NCBI GenBank assembly: GCA_049591455.1
Contig: JBAWFA010000007.1
Location: 27,462-91,461, forward strand
DNA length: 64,000 nucleotides
Direction: 5' to 3'
DNA from: Gammaproteobacteria bacterium
GTDB lineage: Bacteria; Pseudomonadota; Gammaproteobacteria; Natronospirales; REEB76
Of the stretch, positions 1 to 9,299 are shown one piece after another. The translations under genes and the position numbers were made by a program. The notes beneath the pieces are model-generated. The model saw only the letters and a program-made list of their open reading frames with translations, was not told the DNA's origin and did not search any database. Positions within the stretch are counted from its first letter, which is position 1; each line of letters begins with the position of its first letter.

Positions 1-1070
1 CGTTCGTCGCGGATTTAGCCGAAGAAATGGCAAAATTCATCAATGTGCGCATCGTGGCCCCGGGGTACACCACAATGTCTGAGCAGTGGGCCGAACGGAT
101 TGAGGTGCGCCGCTACGCTACACCCCTAAGACCTCTGTCAACATTAAAAGCGTGGAGGGCAAACGATCTTTATTGGATTACACGTGTGCTGTACGGTGGT
201 GCACGAACAACGCGGGCGGCAGTAACTCTCGACGTCACGCACGTATTCGCTTTATGGGGCCTGCCTTGTGGCGAATGGGCACGCCGTGCAGCGCGGGCAC
301 GTGGCATCGGCTATTCCGTATGGCTGCTCGGCAGCGATATATGGTCCTTGGGTCGCCTGCCAATATTGCGCGGCATGCTGGCTCGGGTGATCCGTAGAGC
401 ACGATCCGCGTATGCCGACGGTTATCAGCTAGCCAAAGATGCCGAACTCATTGCCGGTGTACCAGTGCATTTTCTGCCGAGCACACGGCGCATTGATTTG
501 CCAGACCCACTGCCGCCCCGAGATCAACCACCATATCGCCTGCTGTTTCTGGGTCGTTGGCACCGAAATAAGGGTATTGATTTATTGCTGGACGCACTGG
601 CCATGCAGGGTGACGATGGCTGGCGCCATATCGAAAAGGTCGAAATATGGGGTGGCGGACCGTTGGCGCCGCTGGTACGCGAGCGTGTTGCACAGTTGCG
701 AGCCATTGGGCGGCCCATAGAACTCGGAGGATTCCTCAACAAGCATGAGGCGGAAGCTGCGATTTCCCGAGCAGATTGGGTATTGATTCCTTCACGAATT
801 GAAAGCATTCCTGTCATCTTTTCCGATGCAATGAAGCTCAGGAGACCGGTGATAACGACACCGGTGGGCGATTTGCCACGCCTTGTCGGCGCGGACGGCT
901 GTGGCATCCTTGCAGAACGTGTCGATGCGATGGCCTACCGCCAATCCCTGAATGTCATGCAGCGTACTTCGACGTGGGCCTTTGCCGAGGGGATATCCGT
1001 GCAGGCAACCCATTTCGATATCGGGAAGATTGCCGCAAATATATTGCAAACAATCTCTGACCAGGCCTGA
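1..1070 (+). CDS. GT-B fold (GT4-like) glycosyltransferase, 5' end outside the window
   Basis: The frame is open from base 3 upstream of the ATG at 27 (..FVADLAEE-MAKFINVRIVAPG), so the gene probably starts upstream of the window. The C-terminal half has RLLFLGRWHRNKGIDLL and ESIPVIFSDAM motifs typical of retaining GT4 enzymes. Confidence 0.7.
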   Translation, partial: FVADLAEEMAKFINVRIVAPGYTTMSEQWAERIEVRRYATPLRPLSTLKAWRANDLYWITRVLYGGARTTRAAVTLDVTHVFALWGLPCGEWARRAARARGIGYSVWLLGSDIWSLGRLPILRGMLARVIRRARSAYADGYQLAKDAELIAGVPVHFLPSTRRIDLPDPLPPRDQPPYRLLFLGRWHRNKGIDLLLDALAMQGDDGWRHIEKVEIWGGGPLAPLVRERVAQLRAIGRPIELGGFLNKHEAEAAISRADWVLIPSRIESIPVIFSDAMKLRRPVITTPVGDLPRLVGADGCGILAERVDAMAYRQSLNVMQRTSTWAFAEGISVQATHFDIGKIAANILQTISDQA

Positions 1071-1074
1071 AAGC

Positions 1075-1818
1075 ATGTCACCAACCGACCCACGATGGGG
1101 CCAGGAAGGCCGTGATCGCAAGGCGGAGGCCATTCTGGCGACCTTGCGACTTCATTGCAGTCAGGACTTACGTGAGGGAATCTGGCTGGATATCGGCTGT
1201 GGAAGCGGGGGCATTGCGGCCACGCTTGCGGCTCATGTCGAGCGGGTTGTCGGTGTTGACCCAGAGCCTTGGGAACGTTGGCAATCCTATCGCAGCCAGC
1301 ATTTGAATCTCGCCTTCCATGTCGGCAGTTACCGCGATCTCGAAACACTGCTGGGCGCGGATTCCTGTTCGGTTGTCATCTGCAATCAAGTTTATGAGCA
1401 CGTTGATGACCCAAGAGTCTTGCTTGCTGCCATCCATCACGTGTTGAAGCCTGACGGAGTGTGCTACTTCGCCGGGCCTAATTTGTTGTGGCCAATCGAG
1501 CCGCACGTATATTGGCCATTCGTGCACTGGTTGCCACGCTCGTTTGCCCATGGTTGGATGAGGACATTTGGATCCAAACGGGCGCACGATCTGGACGCAT
1601 GGTCGTGGTCTTACTGGCACCTTGTGCAGGCGTTCCGCAATACCGGGTTTCAGCAAAGCGTTGCCGTGCGCGAACGTGTGCGAGCGCATGCATTGCAATC
1701 CGGTTCGCTTATGGCACGTGTTCTTGCCGGATTGCCGCGCGTGATGTTTTCTGTGCTGGCTCCATGCGCGCCTGGTTTTGTTTTTGTACTGCGCAAAACA
1801 AATACAGTCACATCATGA
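1075..1818 (+). CDS. class I SAM-dependent methyltransferase
   Basis: SAM motif I (LDIGCGSGGIA), then VVICNQVYEHV and LKPDGVCYF. ATG 1075 lies 5 nt after the glycosyltransferase stop. The longer ORF from 952 would overlap that gene. Confidence 0.75.
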   Translation: MSPTDPRWGQEGRDRKAEAILATLRLHCSQDLREGIWLDIGCGSGGIAATLAAHVERVVGVDPEPWERWQSYRSQHLNLAFHVGSYRDLETLLGADSCSVVICNQVYEHVDDPRVLLAAIHHVLKPDGVCYFAGPNLLWPIEPHVYWPFVHWLPRSFAHGWMRTFGSKRAHDLDAWSWSYWHLVQAFRNTGFQQSVAVRERVRAHALQSGSLMARVLAGLPRVMFSVLAPCAPGFVFVLRKTNTVTS

Positions 1819-2750
1819 CGCAATATCCATGGCGCAAGCACCTGAACTGGTTGTTCATGCTACTGGCAATGGTGGCGTTGGCATGGGCGGTATGGTTGTT
1901 GTGGGACGCATGGCCGGGATTGCGCACCAACCTGCCGCGTCTTCACGTACGCTGGTTGCTGCTGACTCTGGTTGGCAATGTGCTTTCCGGCTATCTGGGG
2001 TTCGAAGCGTTCCGCACAATGTTCGAGCGCATGCGCCCCGGGTTGTATGGCCGAACGAGCCTTGGTCATCTGTATTTCACTGGGCAGCTCATGAAGCATT
2101 TGCCCGGGCGGATCTGGGGCGTGACCTATCAGTCAACCACTGGCGACCGCGCGACGCTGGCGGAGTGGGTTAGCGTCAGCGCTGTCTACATGGTGCTAAC
2201 CACCGGCTTTGCGTTGTGGGTGGCCGGAATCGTGCTTGGTTTCATGTTCAGTTGGGCCTGGGGGATTCTCGCTCTAGTCGTAGGGGGTATCTTATACAAG
2301 GTTGCATGGCAGGTGCGTCCGCTGATCACATTGCTGGACAAGCTGCGCAAACTGCCGCTGCGCGCGCTAGTGCGCATTTGCGATGCCCTGCAACCATTCG
2401 CGGAAGCGGATGCACGCTTTAAGAGGATTATCTGCTGTTGGTTCGTTGCGAGCTGGTTGGTCTACCTGTTGGCGTGGGCGGGTTACGGCATGGCGTGGCC
2501 GGACCTCACCGCCGCGGATGGCATCTGGCTCTGCGCCATCTACACGGTAGCCTGGTTTGCTGGGTATGTCAGCCTGATCTCGCCGTCGGGCATCGGCGTG
2601 CGTGAACTGGTGTTCGTGGTCTTGGCCCACCGGTTCCCCCCGGATGCCGTAGCAGGGATGGTGGTGCTCGGACGGATGATGCTGCTGGTGGTGGATTTGC
2701 TGTTGGGTGTTTTGTTCGCACCATTCAGAAATGTGGTCCGGAACGCCTAG
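1815..2750 (+). CDS. polytopic membrane protein, possibly UPF0104 / LPG-synthase-TM (flippase-like) family
   Basis: ATG 1815 overlaps the methyltransferase stop (ATGA). 311 aa with about 8 hydrophobic segments. The family was assigned by eye only. The ORF-track start at 1488 lies inside the methyltransferase gene. Confidence 0.5.
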   Translation: MTQYPWRKHLNWLFMLLAMVALAWAVWLLWDAWPGLRTNLPRLHVRWLLLTLVGNVLSGYLGFEAFRTMFERMRPGLYGRTSLGHLYFTGQLMKHLPGRIWGVTYQSTTGDRATLAEWVSVSAVYMVLTTGFALWVAGIVLGFMFSWAWGILALVVGGILYKVAWQVRPLITLLDKLRKLPLRALVRICDALQPFAEADARFKRIICCWFVASWLVYLLAWAGYGMAWPDLTAADGIWLCAIYTVAWFAGYVSLISPSGIGVRELVFVVLAHRFPPDAVAGMVVLGRMMLLVVDLLLGVLFAPFRNVVRNA

Positions 2751-3295
2751 CCTGCGGGCGGAGTGCGCAACGAGCGCTTGGGGCGCGCAGGAACACCAGC
2801 GACCAGGGTTTGGGCTGGAACATCGCGTGTGACCACACTGCCAGCACCGACCACGACGCTTTCGTTCAGCGTCATGCCAGCCAGCACCGTGGCATTGGCA
2901 CCGAGCCAGCAGTCTTGTCCAATCGTTGTCGTCGCGATGCGCGCAGGAAACAGCTCCAGTATGCGAATGCCATGACTGCTGCCAGGATCTTGGTGGGTGA
3001 GTATTGTTACTCCTGGTGAGAGGGTTGAACGTGCGCCTATGGTCAGTGGCCCCTCAAGATCGAGCAAGCAGCGCGGCCCAATGTACGCGTCATCGGCAAC
3101 ATGCAAATTGCGAAAGCCGTTTTTCAGATTGAAGAATTGTGCTTCATATATACGGACATTTCGTCCGATATTGGCGCCGAATAATTTGAGTAGTCTGGCG
3201 CGCAAGCGTGGGTGTATTGACCAGCGGAGCAATTTCTCCACCGCGATGAATAAACCATGGCGCACCCTGATCCACATCGTTGATCGGACGGTCAT
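2747..3295 (-). CDS. hexapeptide-repeat (left-handed beta-helix) sugar acetyltransferase
   Basis: Repeats IGPRCLLDLEG, IGARSTLSPGVTIL, IGQDCWLGANATVLAGMTLNESVVVGAGSVV. ATG 3295 forms ATGA with the stop of the degT remnant. One hand-counted 60-nt block was 24/60 GC, lower than the window. Confidence 0.75.
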   Translation of the reverse strand: MTVRSTMWIRVRHGLFIAVEKLLRWSIHPRLRARLLKLFGANIGRNVRIYEAQFFNLKNGFRNLHVADDAYIGPRCLLDLEGPLTIGARSTLSPGVTILTHQDPGSSHGIRILELFPARIATTTIGQDCWLGANATVLAGMTLNESVVVGAGSVVTRDVPAQTLVAGVPARPKRSLRTPPAG

Positions 3296-4259
3296 GGCGC
3301 CCGGCACGAGCAATCGCTGGAAATGCCTAATATGTCCCACACCCCTTTGATCACTCGCTTAACGTCGGTGTAGCTCAACTTGGATGATAGCGGCAAGCTG
3401 ACGATCTGGCGGCCGATCCGTATTGCGTTTGGTAACTGCTCCGGTTCCCACCCAAAGCGCTCTCTATAGTAGGGATGCTCTGGGAGGGATAAATAATGTA
3501 CGCCTGTACCCACACGTAAAGTGTTCATGGAATCAAGAAACTCATCGCGTGATACGCCGCACTGATTTTGACCGATTAACATCATAACCAAATGATAGGC
3601 ATGGCGAGTACTGTTTTCCTGCGGTGGCGGTAAGCTAATCGGCAGGTCCTTGAGACCTTGCATGTTAAGCGCGCCAAATTTCATGACGCCGCTTCCAGTT
3701 GGCTTCGACAAGGGCCAATTGATGTATGCCCAAAGCTGCCTGAATATCCATCATGTTGTATTCGAATCCTGCCTCTGTGACGTAATAATGCTTATATCCC
3801 TTGTCGCTGAAGCGATGCCAGGCATCCTTGCTCATGCCGTGGAGTGCCAATGTGCGTACGCGAGCCACATCTTGCTCATTCCGGCCAAGCACCATGCCTC
3901 CTTCTTCCGTTACAACGTTTTTGGTCACATGAAAATATAATACAACCAAAATCACCGAATGTACCGAGCTTTTGACCCTAGTGCTCAGCTTCTACCGCAT
4001 GCACACAGTCTTCTATCATCTTTAAATTGTGATTATTGGCTATTCCAATTATTTTATTCACGTTATATGGCCGGCCGGCCTGATGTACAGGCAACAACAC
4101 CCGCGTACGCGCACTCAATTTAGATTCCACATCCTCAGGGCTTAGATTCATAGCGACGGGATCTACATCAACGAGGATTGGAGTAGCACCAGCATCAATA
4201 ATCGCATTGACGGTTGCGCAAAAGCCAATATGAGGCCGCGACCGGATGCTTCCTGGAAC
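3292..4259 (-). pseudogene. DegT/DnrJ/EryC1-family sugar aminotransferase, 5'-truncated and multiply disrupted
   Basis: My minus-strand translation gives ..HIGFCATVNAIIDAGATPILVDVDP..IEDCVHAVEAEH*GQKLGTFGDFGC, with an in-frame TAG at 3978-3980. There is a frameshift near 3940 before FHVTKNVVTEEGGMV (PLP-lysine motif), and a second frameshift in 3665-3711 before the C-terminal part. The N-terminal 50-60 aa are absent. Confidence 0.75.
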
Positions 4260-4519
4260 AGAGCAGGATCACGCGCGGTATCACGCACAAGCAATATTGC
4301 GCCACCAGAACCCGCTAACGGGACAAACAAGCTCATTAAAGCCAACGTGGCAACGAAACCGCCATGTCTTTCCACACCCATGGCTCTTGCCAGGAGAACA
4401 AGAACACCCGCTTGTAACAGTGCTCGCAGTAATAACCCTGCGCTCACGCGAAGAGTGCCCCAAGCGAGGCGTCCGGGCCTGTAGTGAAACAGCCTGTGAG
4501 GTCGCGCGGAAAGGATCAT
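4260..4519 (-). pseudogene. N-terminal fragment of a Wzx-like polysaccharide flippase fused to the degT remnant
   Basis: SAGLLLRALLQAGVLVLLARAMGVERHGGFVATLALMSLFVPLAGSGGAILLVRDTAR resembles the Polysacc_synt N-terminus. Only about 90 aa of an expected 400+ remain. The ORF 4163-4519 then runs out of frame into degT-derived sequence. The junction position (4240-4275) is approximate. Confidence 0.5.
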
Positions 4520-4745
4520 GCGAATCTCTACTTGGCAACCGGCAAATAATTAGATTTGCAGAATATCAGCCCGTCCCCAGCCAGCCCTGTTGTTGCCCCA
4601 GATCCCTCGCCAGCTATGGGCCGCAGGCCCCAGCCCCAGCTGGACATTTTCAGGCTATACACTACTATGTCTGGGCAATTTATCGGGTATACTATGTTAA
4701 ATCGAAGTTACCGGATTTGGTAACCGGGTACCGAGGGATAGGGAT

Positions 4746-6458
4746 ATGGCAACTACTTCCGTCAGAGTAAACCTGACCGGCCTGCCCCGCAGGCTGGTGG
4801 CTGACGGCGTGCTCAACGAAGCGCAGGCCCTGGATGTTCAGCGGGAAGCCGCACAGGAGAAATTGCTGCTGATCTCCTACCTGGTTCGCCACAAGAAGTT
4901 CAATGCCCGGATGCTGGCAAGCGCCGCCGCCGATGAATTCGGCGTGCCGGTGCTGGATCTGGATGCCGTGGATATGGCCCATGCCCCGCTCAAGGAAATG
5001 GAAGCCTCGCTTATTGAGAAATACCACGTGCTGCCGCTGTTCCGCCGCGGCCGCAAGATTTTTGTGGGCGTGTCCGACCCCGCCAACCTGCAAGCTCTCG
5101 ATGAAATCAAATTCAAGACCGGCCTCACCGTGGATGCGGTGGTAGTAGAAGAAGACAAGCTGATGCGGGCCATCGAAGGCGCCGTCCGCTCCATGGATGT
5201 CAGCATTGAAGGTCTCGACGAGGACCTGAGCGACCTCGATGTCTCCGGCGAGGAGAATACGCACACCCTCGACGAGGAAAATACCGATATTGACGATGCC
5301 CCCGTGGTCCGGTTCGTCAACAAGATCATGCTGGATGCCATCAACAAGATGGCCTCGGATATCCACTTCGAACCGTATGAGAAATTTTACCGCATCCGCC
5401 TGCGCCAGGACGGCATGTTGCACGAAGTGGCGCAACCGCCGATAACGCTGGCCATGAAACTTGCGGCACGCCTCAAGGTGATGGCACGCCTGGACATTTC
5501 CGAGCGCCGCATCCCCCAGGACGGACGCATCAAACTCAAGCTCTCCAAGACCCGCGCCATTGATTTTCGCGTCAACACCTGCCCGACCCTCTGGGGCGAA
5601 AAGATCGTGCTGCGCATCCTCGATTCCGCCACCGCCAAAATGGGCGTTGACGCGCTGGGGTATGAGGATTTCCAGAAGCAACTGTATCTGCAGGCTCTGG
5701 CGCGTCCCTATGGCATGATTCTGGTGACCGGCCCAACGGGCAGCGGCAAAACCGTTTCACTCTACACCGGCGTCAACATCCTCAACACCCACGACCGGAA
5801 CATCTGCACGGCGGAAGATCCGGTGGAAATCCAGTTACCGGGCGTCAACCAGGTGAATGTGCATCCCAAGGTAGGGCTCACCTTCGCTTCGGCGCTGCGC
5901 GCTTTTCTGCGTCAGGACCCGGATGTGGTTCTGGTGGGCGAAATCCGCGATCTGGAAACCGCGGAAATCGCCATCAAGGCCGCACAGACGGGCCATCTGG
6001 TGCTATCCACACTGCACACCAACGATGCGCCCAAAACCCTTTCGCGCCTGGCGGATATCGGCGTGGCGCCATATTCCATCGCGACCGCGGTCAATCTCAT
6101 CATCGCGCAGCGGCTGGCGCGGAAACTCTGTTCACACTGTAAACGCGTAGCCAAAATTCCCAAAGAGGCTCTGCTCAAGGAAGGCTTCACGGAGGCGGAA
6201 ATCACCGCCGGAGTCGAAATCTTCGAGCCAGTCGGTTGCAACCACTGCACCGACGGCTATAAAGGCCGCAGCGGCGTTTACCAGGTCATGCCGGTCTCCG
6301 AAGCCATGGGCCGCATCATCATGCAAGGCGGCGGCGCCATGCAAATTGCGGAGCAGGCAAACAAGGAAGGCGTATGGGACCTGCGCAAGGCGGGTCTCAA
6401 CAAGGTCAAAAGCGGTCTTACCAGTCTCGCAGAATTGAACCGGGTCACCACCGAATAA
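4746..6458 (+). CDS. pilB: type IV pilus assembly ATPase PilB
   Basis: 570 aa of the GspE/PilB family. Walker A GPTGSGKT and tetracysteine motif CSHCKR..CNHCTDGY. Confidence 0.95.
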   Translation: MATTSVRVNLTGLPRRLVADGVLNEAQALDVQREAAQEKLLLISYLVRHKKFNARMLASAAADEFGVPVLDLDAVDMAHAPLKEMEASLIEKYHVLPLFRRGRKIFVGVSDPANLQALDEIKFKTGLTVDAVVVEEDKLMRAIEGAVRSMDVSIEGLDEDLSDLDVSGEENTHTLDEENTDIDDAPVVRFVNKIMLDAINKMASDIHFEPYEKFYRIRLRQDGMLHEVAQPPITLAMKLAARLKVMARLDISERRIPQDGRIKLKLSKTRAIDFRVNTCPTLWGEKIVLRILDSATAKMGVDALGYEDFQKQLYLQALARPYGMILVTGPTGSGKTVSLYTGVNILNTHDRNICTAEDPVEIQLPGVNQVNVHPKVGLTFASALRAFLRQDPDVVLVGEIRDLETAEIAIKAAQTGHLVLSTLHTNDAPKTLSRLADIGVAPYSIATAVNLIIAQRLARKLCSHCKRVAKIPKEALLKEGFTEAEITAGVEIFEPVGCNHCTDGYKGRSGVYQVMPVSEAMGRIIMQGGGAMQIAEQANKEGVWDLRKAGLNKVKSGLTSLAELNRVTTE

Positions 6459-6480
6459 TCCGCAAGGGCATAGTGCAGTC

Positions 6481-7701
6481 ATGGCAACAGCAGCAATCAA
6501 GCAAGCGAACTTCTTCTGGGAAGGTACCGACAAGAAAGGTACGCGCATCAAGGGTAAAACCACGGCTTCCAACGAGTCTGCGGTCAAGGCGGACCTGAGG
6601 CGCCAGGGTATCGTGCCCATCAGAATCCGCAGGGAAAGTTTCCTGTCGGCCATGGGCCGGGGCAAGCGCATCAAACCCGGTGATATCGCGTTCTTCAGCC
6701 GCCAGTTATCCACCATGATGACCGCCGGCGTGCCGCTGGTTCAGGCCATTGATATCATTGGCCGGGGAAGTGCCAATCCGCGCATGCGGGACATGGTTCT
6801 CGGCATCAAGGCCGACGTGGAATCCGGCAATACTCTGGCGGATTCCCTGGCCAAGCAACCAATGCATTTTGACAAGCTGTTCGTGAACCTGATTCGGGCC
6901 GGCGAACAGTCCGGTTCCCTGGAAACTCTGCTGGACCGGATTGCTACCTACAAGGAAAAGACGGAAGCCATCAAGAAAAAAATCAAGAAGGCCATGTTCT
7001 ATCCTGCGGCAGTTTTGGTCGTGGCTTTGATCGTCACCGCCATCCTGCTGATCTTTGTGATTCCTGAATTTCAATCCCTGTTCAGCAGCGCCGGCGCCGC
7101 CCTGCCGGCGTTCACCCAGATGGTGGTCAACCTCTCGAAGTCCGTGCGCACTAAAGGCTGGCTCTATCTCATCGTCATCATCGCCATCATCGCCGGCTTT
7201 ATCATGGCCAGAAAACGTTCGGCGCGATTCCATGAACTTGTGGATCGGATGGTGTTGAAGCTCCCGGTCATCGGCATGATCCTCACCAAGTCGTGTATCG
7301 CGCGGTTCACGCGTACGCTGTCCACCATGTTCTCGGCCGGCGTGAACCTGGTGGAGGCGCTGGGCTCGGTGGCGGGCGCCACCGGCAATATCATTTATGA
7401 AAAAGCCACCCTCAAGATGCGCGACCAGGTTTCCACAGGCCAGCAGTTGAATGTGACCATGGCCCAGAGCGGCATTTTTCCCCACACGGTGGTGCAGATG
7501 ATCGCCATCGGTGAAGAAGCCGGTTCCATTGATACCATGGCCTCCAAAGTGGCGGATTTCTACGAGCAGGAAGTGGACAATGCCGTGGACGCCATGTCGA
7601 GCCTCATGGAACCGGTAATCATGGTGATCCTGGGCATTCTGGTGGGTGGCCTGGTGGTAGCCATGTACCTGCCTATCTTCAATCTCGGCAACGCGTTCTG
7701 A
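6481..7701 (+). CDS. pilC: type IV pilus platform protein PilC
   Basis: 406 aa with duplicated GspF-type domains and hydrophobic segments. Starts 22 nt after pilB. Confidence 0.95.
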   Translation: MATAAIKQANFFWEGTDKKGTRIKGKTTASNESAVKADLRRQGIVPIRIRRESFLSAMGRGKRIKPGDIAFFSRQLSTMMTAGVPLVQAIDIIGRGSANPRMRDMVLGIKADVESGNTLADSLAKQPMHFDKLFVNLIRAGEQSGSLETLLDRIATYKEKTEAIKKKIKKAMFYPAAVLVVALIVTAILLIFVIPEFQSLFSSAGAALPAFTQMVVNLSKSVRTKGWLYLIVIIAIIAGFIMARKRSARFHELVDRMVLKLPVIGMILTKSCIARFTRTLSTMFSAGVNLVEALGSVAGATGNIIYEKATLKMRDQVSTGQQLNVTMAQSGIFPHTVVQMIAIGEEAGSIDTMASKVADFYEQEVDNAVDAMSSLMEPVIMVILGILVGGLVVAMYLPIFNLGNAF

Positions 7702-7719
7702 ACACCGCACCGTCATCAC

Positions 7720-7746
7720 AGGGGCGCGCATGGCGCCCTTGTTTTT
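7720..7746 (+). terminator. GC hairpin plus T-tract between pilC and pilD (terminator or attenuator)
   Basis: GGGCGC (7722-7727) pairs with GCGCCC (7733-7738) across a 5-nt loop, with flanking A:T/G:T pairs, followed by TTGTTTTT. Confidence 0.5.
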
Positions 7747-7769
7747 AATCATCCTCGAAGGTTCAGCGC

Positions 7770-8636
7770 ATGTATCTGGTGTTTTTCCTCGAGGCCACCC
7801 CGCTGGCCTTCGTGGTGGTGGCCATATGCCTCGGCCTGATCGTGGGCAGTTTCCTCAACGTAGTCATCCACCGCCTGCCTATCATGCTGGAACGGGAATG
7901 GCAAAGTCATTGCACCGAGCTGAACGGAGGCACGGCAGCAGTCGCGGAACCTTACAACCTGGTGGTCCCCCGTTCCCGCTGTCCCCATTGCGGTCATGCC
8001 ATCAGTGCACTGGAAAACATCCCGGTGCTGAGCTATCTCCTGTTGCGCGGCCGCTGTCGCGCCTGCGGCGCGCGCATCTCACCGCGCTATCTGGTAATCG
8101 AGCTTATTTCCGGGATTTTGTCCGGCTGGCTGGCCTGGCATTTCGGTTTCGGCTCGCCGGCCCTGGGGGCCCTGCTGCTCACTTGGGCTCTCCTGGCTCT
8201 GGCGGCCATTGACCTGGAAAAACAGCTGCTGCCGGACAAAATCACCCTGCCCGTCCTGTGGCTGGGCCTGCTGTTCAACCTCGGCCATACCTTCACCGAC
8301 CCCCGCTCCGCACTCATCGGCGCCGTAGCGGGCTATCTCAGTCTGTGGTGCGTTTATCATGCGTTCAAGCTGCTCACCGGCAAAGAAGGCATGGGCTACG
8401 GCGATTTTAAACTGTTTGCCCTGCTGGGCGCCTGGCTCGGCTGGCAAAACCTGCCGCTAATCATCCTGATCGCCGCCGCGACCGGGGCGCTGGCGGGTAT
8501 TGGGCTGATTCTCGGCCATCGTGCCCAACGCGGCATCCCCATCCCTTTCGGTCCTTATCTGGCCGTGGCCGGCTGGATTGCCCTGCTGTGGGGACCGCAG
8601 ATTACCCGCGCCTACCTGGGTCTCATGGGCGCCTAG
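7770..8636 (+). CDS. pilD: prepilin peptidase / N-methyltransferase PilD (A24 family)
   Basis: 288 aa. Cys motifs CPHCGH..CRACGA, catalytic-Asp context GMGYGDFKL, multiple TM segments. Confidence 0.95.
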   Translation: MYLVFFLEATPLAFVVVAICLGLIVGSFLNVVIHRLPIMLEREWQSHCTELNGGTAAVAEPYNLVVPRSRCPHCGHAISALENIPVLSYLLLRGRCRACGARISPRYLVIELISGILSGWLAWHFGFGSPALGALLLTWALLALAAIDLEKQLLPDKITLPVLWLGLLFNLGHTFTDPRSALIGAVAGYLSLWCVYHAFKLLTGKEGMGYGDFKLFALLGAWLGWQNLPLIILIAAATGALAGIGLILGHRAQRGIPIPFGPYLAVAGWIALLWGPQITRAYLGLMGA

Positions 8637-8639
8637 TCA

Positions 8640-9272
8640 ATGCTGAAAATAGGCCTGACCGGCGGCATCGCCAGCGGCAAATCCACCGTCGCGGCAGAAT
8701 TCGCCCGGCTCGGGGTACCGGTACTGGATGCAGACGTGATGGCCCGGGAGCTGACAACGCCTGAAAGCCCCGGATTGAAACAGCTGGTGGCCATGCTCGG
8801 AGCCCAGATTCTCGATGCCCGAGGCCATCTGGATCGTGCCCGTCTGCGCCGCCGGTTATTTGCGGATACTGCGTTCCGAACACAGGTGGAACGCCTCCTC
8901 CATCCTCTCATCCTGCAACGTCTCAAAGACCGTCTCGCCGCAGTTGAAGCATCCTATGCGCTCGCCGTGATCCCGCTGCTGGTAGAAAACCCCGATGCCG
9001 GAAACCTCGTGGACCGGATTCTGGTGGTGGATTGCCCCGAATCCCTGCAAATCACCCGCCTCACTGCACGCGACGGAGAAACCGCAGAATCGGCCCGTAC
9101 CCTGCTGGCTGCGCAGGCGCACCGGTCACGGCGGCTGGCGGCGGGAGATGATATTCTGATCAACACAGGCAGTCTGGCGGAGCTGGCCGGCTCCGTTGCC
9201 AAGCTGCACCGGTTCTATCTGGACATGGCCGGCAACCCGATGGCTAACCATCCGGCCGCAGGGCTGAGTTAA
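8640..9272 (+). CDS. coaE: dephospho-CoA kinase
   Basis: N-terminal P-loop IGLTGGIASGKST. Starts 3 nt after pilD. Conserved position before zapD and yacG. Confidence 0.9.
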   Translation: MLKIGLTGGIASGKSTVAAEFARLGVPVLDADVMARELTTPESPGLKQLVAMLGAQILDARGHLDRARLRRRLFADTAFRTQVERLLHPLILQRLKDRLAAVEASYALAVIPLLVENPDAGNLVDRILVVDCPESLQITRLTARDGETAESARTLLAAQAHRSRRLAAGDDILINTGSLAELAGSVAKLHRFYLDMAGNPMANHPAAGLS

Positions 9273-9299
9273 ACGCAATCGGCGGTATGCATATTTTTC

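Noticed and set aside
4531-4550. TGGCAACCGGCAAAT upstream of pilB as a sigma-54 (-24/-12) promoter.
   Set aside because: GG is present, but the -12 position reads AAAT instead of TTGC, so spacing and sequence do not fit.
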